In this document: positions 61,140 to 64,000 of the stretch, piece by piece
Numbering within the stretch: position 1 is the stretch's first letter
Layout: every line of letters begins with the position of its first letter
From: Mobula hypostoma
Taxonomy: Eukaryota
Reading direction: 5' to 3'
Assembly: GCF_963921235.1 (NCBI RefSeq)
Contig: NC_086114.1
Coordinates: forward strand, 21,266,001 to 21,330,000
Length of the DNA stretch: 64,000 bases
The notes under the pieces: model-generated
What the model saw: only the letters and a program-made list of their open reading frames with translations
What the model was told of the DNA's origin: nothing
Database searches by the model: none
Made by a program: the position numbers and the translations under genes

Positions 61140-62100
61140 ACAGTTTCAGTGATAAACTCTGTCATCTTCATCAGGGATGATGCCTGGGCATGTCTAATCC
61201 GGTGGTATTTATATCCCTGTTGTCCATCCCTTCTGATTGGTTAGTCCTCATCCAATCAGGTCTCTGCAGTCCCACCTTGTTTACAATCGAATTCCAGTTC
61301 TTAATTGGAGCAAGATCTTTGTCTTTGTTAAAATCCTTTTCCTCTAGTTTTATTTCAATGGCTTCCTTCACCAGCTGGTCCCAAAATCCATTGGTGCGGC
61401 ACAGTAGTTTTGTGCCGTCGAAGTCGAGCCTATGGCCACTGCAAATGCAATGTTCTGCTACCACCAATTTCTCCAGGTAACCCAAATGGATACACCTCCT
61501 GTGCTCCTTGATGCAGGTTTTCACGGTGCGTCTTGGTTGGTTCTTGATTCTCTAAAATATTCTGCATGGAATTTAAACTGGAGGTGGCGGAGGGTGGGCT
61601 TAAGAAGGAGAGTTTTGAAGAAGAAAAGCTGCCTTAAATTTAAACGCAAACAACAAGAATTCTGCAGATGCTGGAAATTCAAGCAACACACATCAAAGTT
61701 GCTGGTGAACGCAGCAGGCCAGGCAGCATCTATAGGAAGAGGCGCAGTCGACGTTTCAGGCCGAGACCCTTCCTATAGATGCTGCCTGGCCTGCTGCGTT
61801 CACCAGCAACTTTGATGTGTGTTGCCTTAAATTTAATTGGGTTTGGTTGTGTGACTGTGGTAGGATGAAGATTATTCAATGCTTTAATTGTGCGGGGGAA
61901 AAATGAATTGCTTTACTGGATTCCTGTGTGGCATTCACCGGGAATCCAGTGAACACCAGCTGTCCTGAGCCCCAGGTCATCTTTGACCCTCCATGAGGAT
62001 GACTTGAACATCCTTACGTGTTTGTGGATGATATTAATCCGGTATTTCTTCAGGATCCTGACAATCCTTCCAGAAGCCGTGGAAATATAGGGAAGACAGG
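61140..62100 (-). mobile_element. Penelope (Poseidon-type) fragments at 61140-61530 and 61920-62100
   Basis: IKEHRRC...AEH...EAIEIK..FNKD and LPYISTASGRIVRILKKY; hammerhead-like CUGAUGA..GAAAC near 61140-61175. Confidence 0.75.
61644..61822. mobile_element. Penelope-terminus hairpin mini-element with a central deletion
   Basis: Inverted arms; perfect 14-bp TSD TGCCTTAAATTTAA at 61630-61643 and 61823-61836. Confidence 0.8.
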
Positions 62101-62744
62101 AGAATTCTGATTTCTACTGTGGTTAAGAGATATGCAGCATTTGGCAAGTGTTCAGATTCAGAATCAGAACTTTGTTATTTTACACTGCCTTGCTTGAGGA
62201 ATTAACTATAAGCATGTTGATTTAAAAAAAAAAACAGCTCATCTCTTTTTGATCATACTGTTTAAGAAAGGACTGGTAACTAGATCATGACCCTCATCCT
62301 TGTAGTGAGCCCAGCTGAGTAGCTAAATTGTAATGGATTCTGGTGTAGTTTACTTTGTCACTGGCATGATGCTTTGCACAAAAAACAAATGGGCCATAAA
62401 GAATTGTGGAATTGTACCCCAAAAGGAGCTTGAAGCTTCTTAAAAAAGAGAAAATTAAAGCTTACAACAAATCAGTGTCTTTCTTCCCATTCATAGAATA
62501 ATATTAATGCTAAATTAATTGTAAAAAAAAAATCCTGTTAAAAATTCTCATCTTTTTGATCTTGTGAAGGCTCAGCCAGTTACTACCAACCCCATCTTCC
62601 CATAAACATAAAGCATGGAAAGAAGTCACACAGCCCAATACTGCTATACTAGTGTTAATTTGCATGATATCCCTTCACTTCCTCTCAACTACCCTTCAAC
62701 CTATTGTTTTTTTTACCCTTACTTATCTGCTTTAAGGATATCAA

Positions 62745-63572
62745 TTCTCAGAATCAGAATTAGGTTTATTATCAGTGTTACAGGATGTGAAATTGGTTTA
62801 GTAGCGGCAGTACAGTGCAAAGATATAGATTACTATAAATTACAAAATAAATGAAGTGCAAAAATTTAAGGTTTGTAGACTGTTCAGAATTATGATGATG
62901 GAAGAAATATGATGATTAAGTATGAGTTGTTTCTGAATCATTGGGTGCGAGTCTTCAGGCTTCTGTATCTCCTCCCTGATGGTGGCAAGATGGCATGTCC
63001 CAGATCGTGAGGGGCCTCAAAGATGGATGTACCTGCTTGAGGCAGCACCTCTTGAAGATATCCTCAATGTTGGGAAGGGTTGTGCTTGTGGTGGAGTTGG
63101 CTGAGTCTGCAATCTCTTTCAATCCTGTGCATTTGAGCCTGCATACCAGGCTGTGGTGCATTAGGGTTAGAATGCTCTCCACCGTACTAAAGGAATTTGC
63201 CAAGATCTTTTTTGTTGACATACCAAATCTTCTCAACCTCCTAATGAAGAGTAAGTCATTGATGTGCCTTCTTCATGATTGCTTCAATGATTGTTCTCTG
63301 AGATGTTGATGACCAAAAACTTAAAACTGCTCACTCTTTCCACTGCTGACCCCCCCCCCCCCCCCACCATGAGGACTGGTGCATGTTCTTCCATCTTTTG
63401 CTTCCTGAAGTCCACAATCAATTTCCTTGGTCTTGCTGGCATTGAGTGCACAGTTGTTGCAACACCACTCAATCCAGCCAATCTATCTCACTCCTGCCGT
63501 CATCTGAGAATTTATAAACGACACTTGAACTGTGCTTAGCCACACAGTCATGAATGTAGAACGAGTAGAGCT
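62745..63572 (-). mobile_element. Rex1/Babar LINE 3' part
   Basis: KLIVDFRK, VERVSSFKFL, RRFGMS..TVESILT; (ATTCTG)n tail. Confidence 0.8.
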
Positions 63573-64000
63573 GCTATAATATGTTACATTTTGGCAACCA
63601 ACTACTATCTATAGTTTGGTAAGCTATAGTTATCTGCGGTTGTAAGATTGGGAAAATGAGAGGCAAATAAATTTGTTTTAAGAAAGTGAATTATTTGACC
63701 ATGTTGGCCCTCTAACAAACAAATGAGTGGGACATCAAAGGAAATCTTTCGAAAAGTCTGATAAATTGATTTTGCCTGGTTTCATGAGACAATCTGCAGC
63801 ATTTACTCGGGGGGGGGGGACACACAGATCTATAATCATTCGTAGCCTCATGTTTAATCAGGGAGGTTTACTGTAATAGCTAGGCCATCTCGGTCCTATG
63901 GGAAAATGGTGCTACTTTACACTTATTTTAAATTATTTTCTGGTTTGGTTAATTCTAAGTTATTGGACTTCAGGATTTGGTAAGGGTTACTATAGTGTTG

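Noticed and set aside
63906-63980. Possible P4HA1 signal-peptide exon ending in GTAAGG
   Set aside because: The translation lacks the P4HA FFTSIG-type motif

Overview
Vertebrate nuclear DNA. The repeat content (CR1 LINEs, V-SINEs, Neptune/Poseidon Penelope, Rex1) points to a cartilaginous fish, probably a ray; this is an inference. Intact genes: the last three coding exons of ECD (+, 230-7215); a complete 3-exon, 324-aa SLC35D-like nucleotide-sugar transporter (-, 11393-21253); and a complete 8-coding-exon, 336-aa NUDT13 (-, 29170-48924). A near full-length I-group (Nimb-like) LINE with a perfect 15-bp target-site duplication (TSD) sits in the probable NUDT13 promoter CpG island. A second CpG island with a palindromic minisatellite follows, possibly the P4HA1 promoter by synteny. 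The most unexpected signal is a series of decayed, splice-site-flanked exons on the + strand (~13.3-50.5 kb) that translate into several RGS-domain halves. They suggest a fossil RGS22/RGSL1-like multi-RGS gene interleaved antisense with the SLC35D-like gene and NUDT13. Also present: a 3.7-kb Penelope palindrome, minimal hammerhead-ribozyme motifs, TSD-flanked Penelope-derived hairpin mini-elements, and two local templated duplications. Repeat boundaries are approximate unless a TSD is quoted. No database searches were run.
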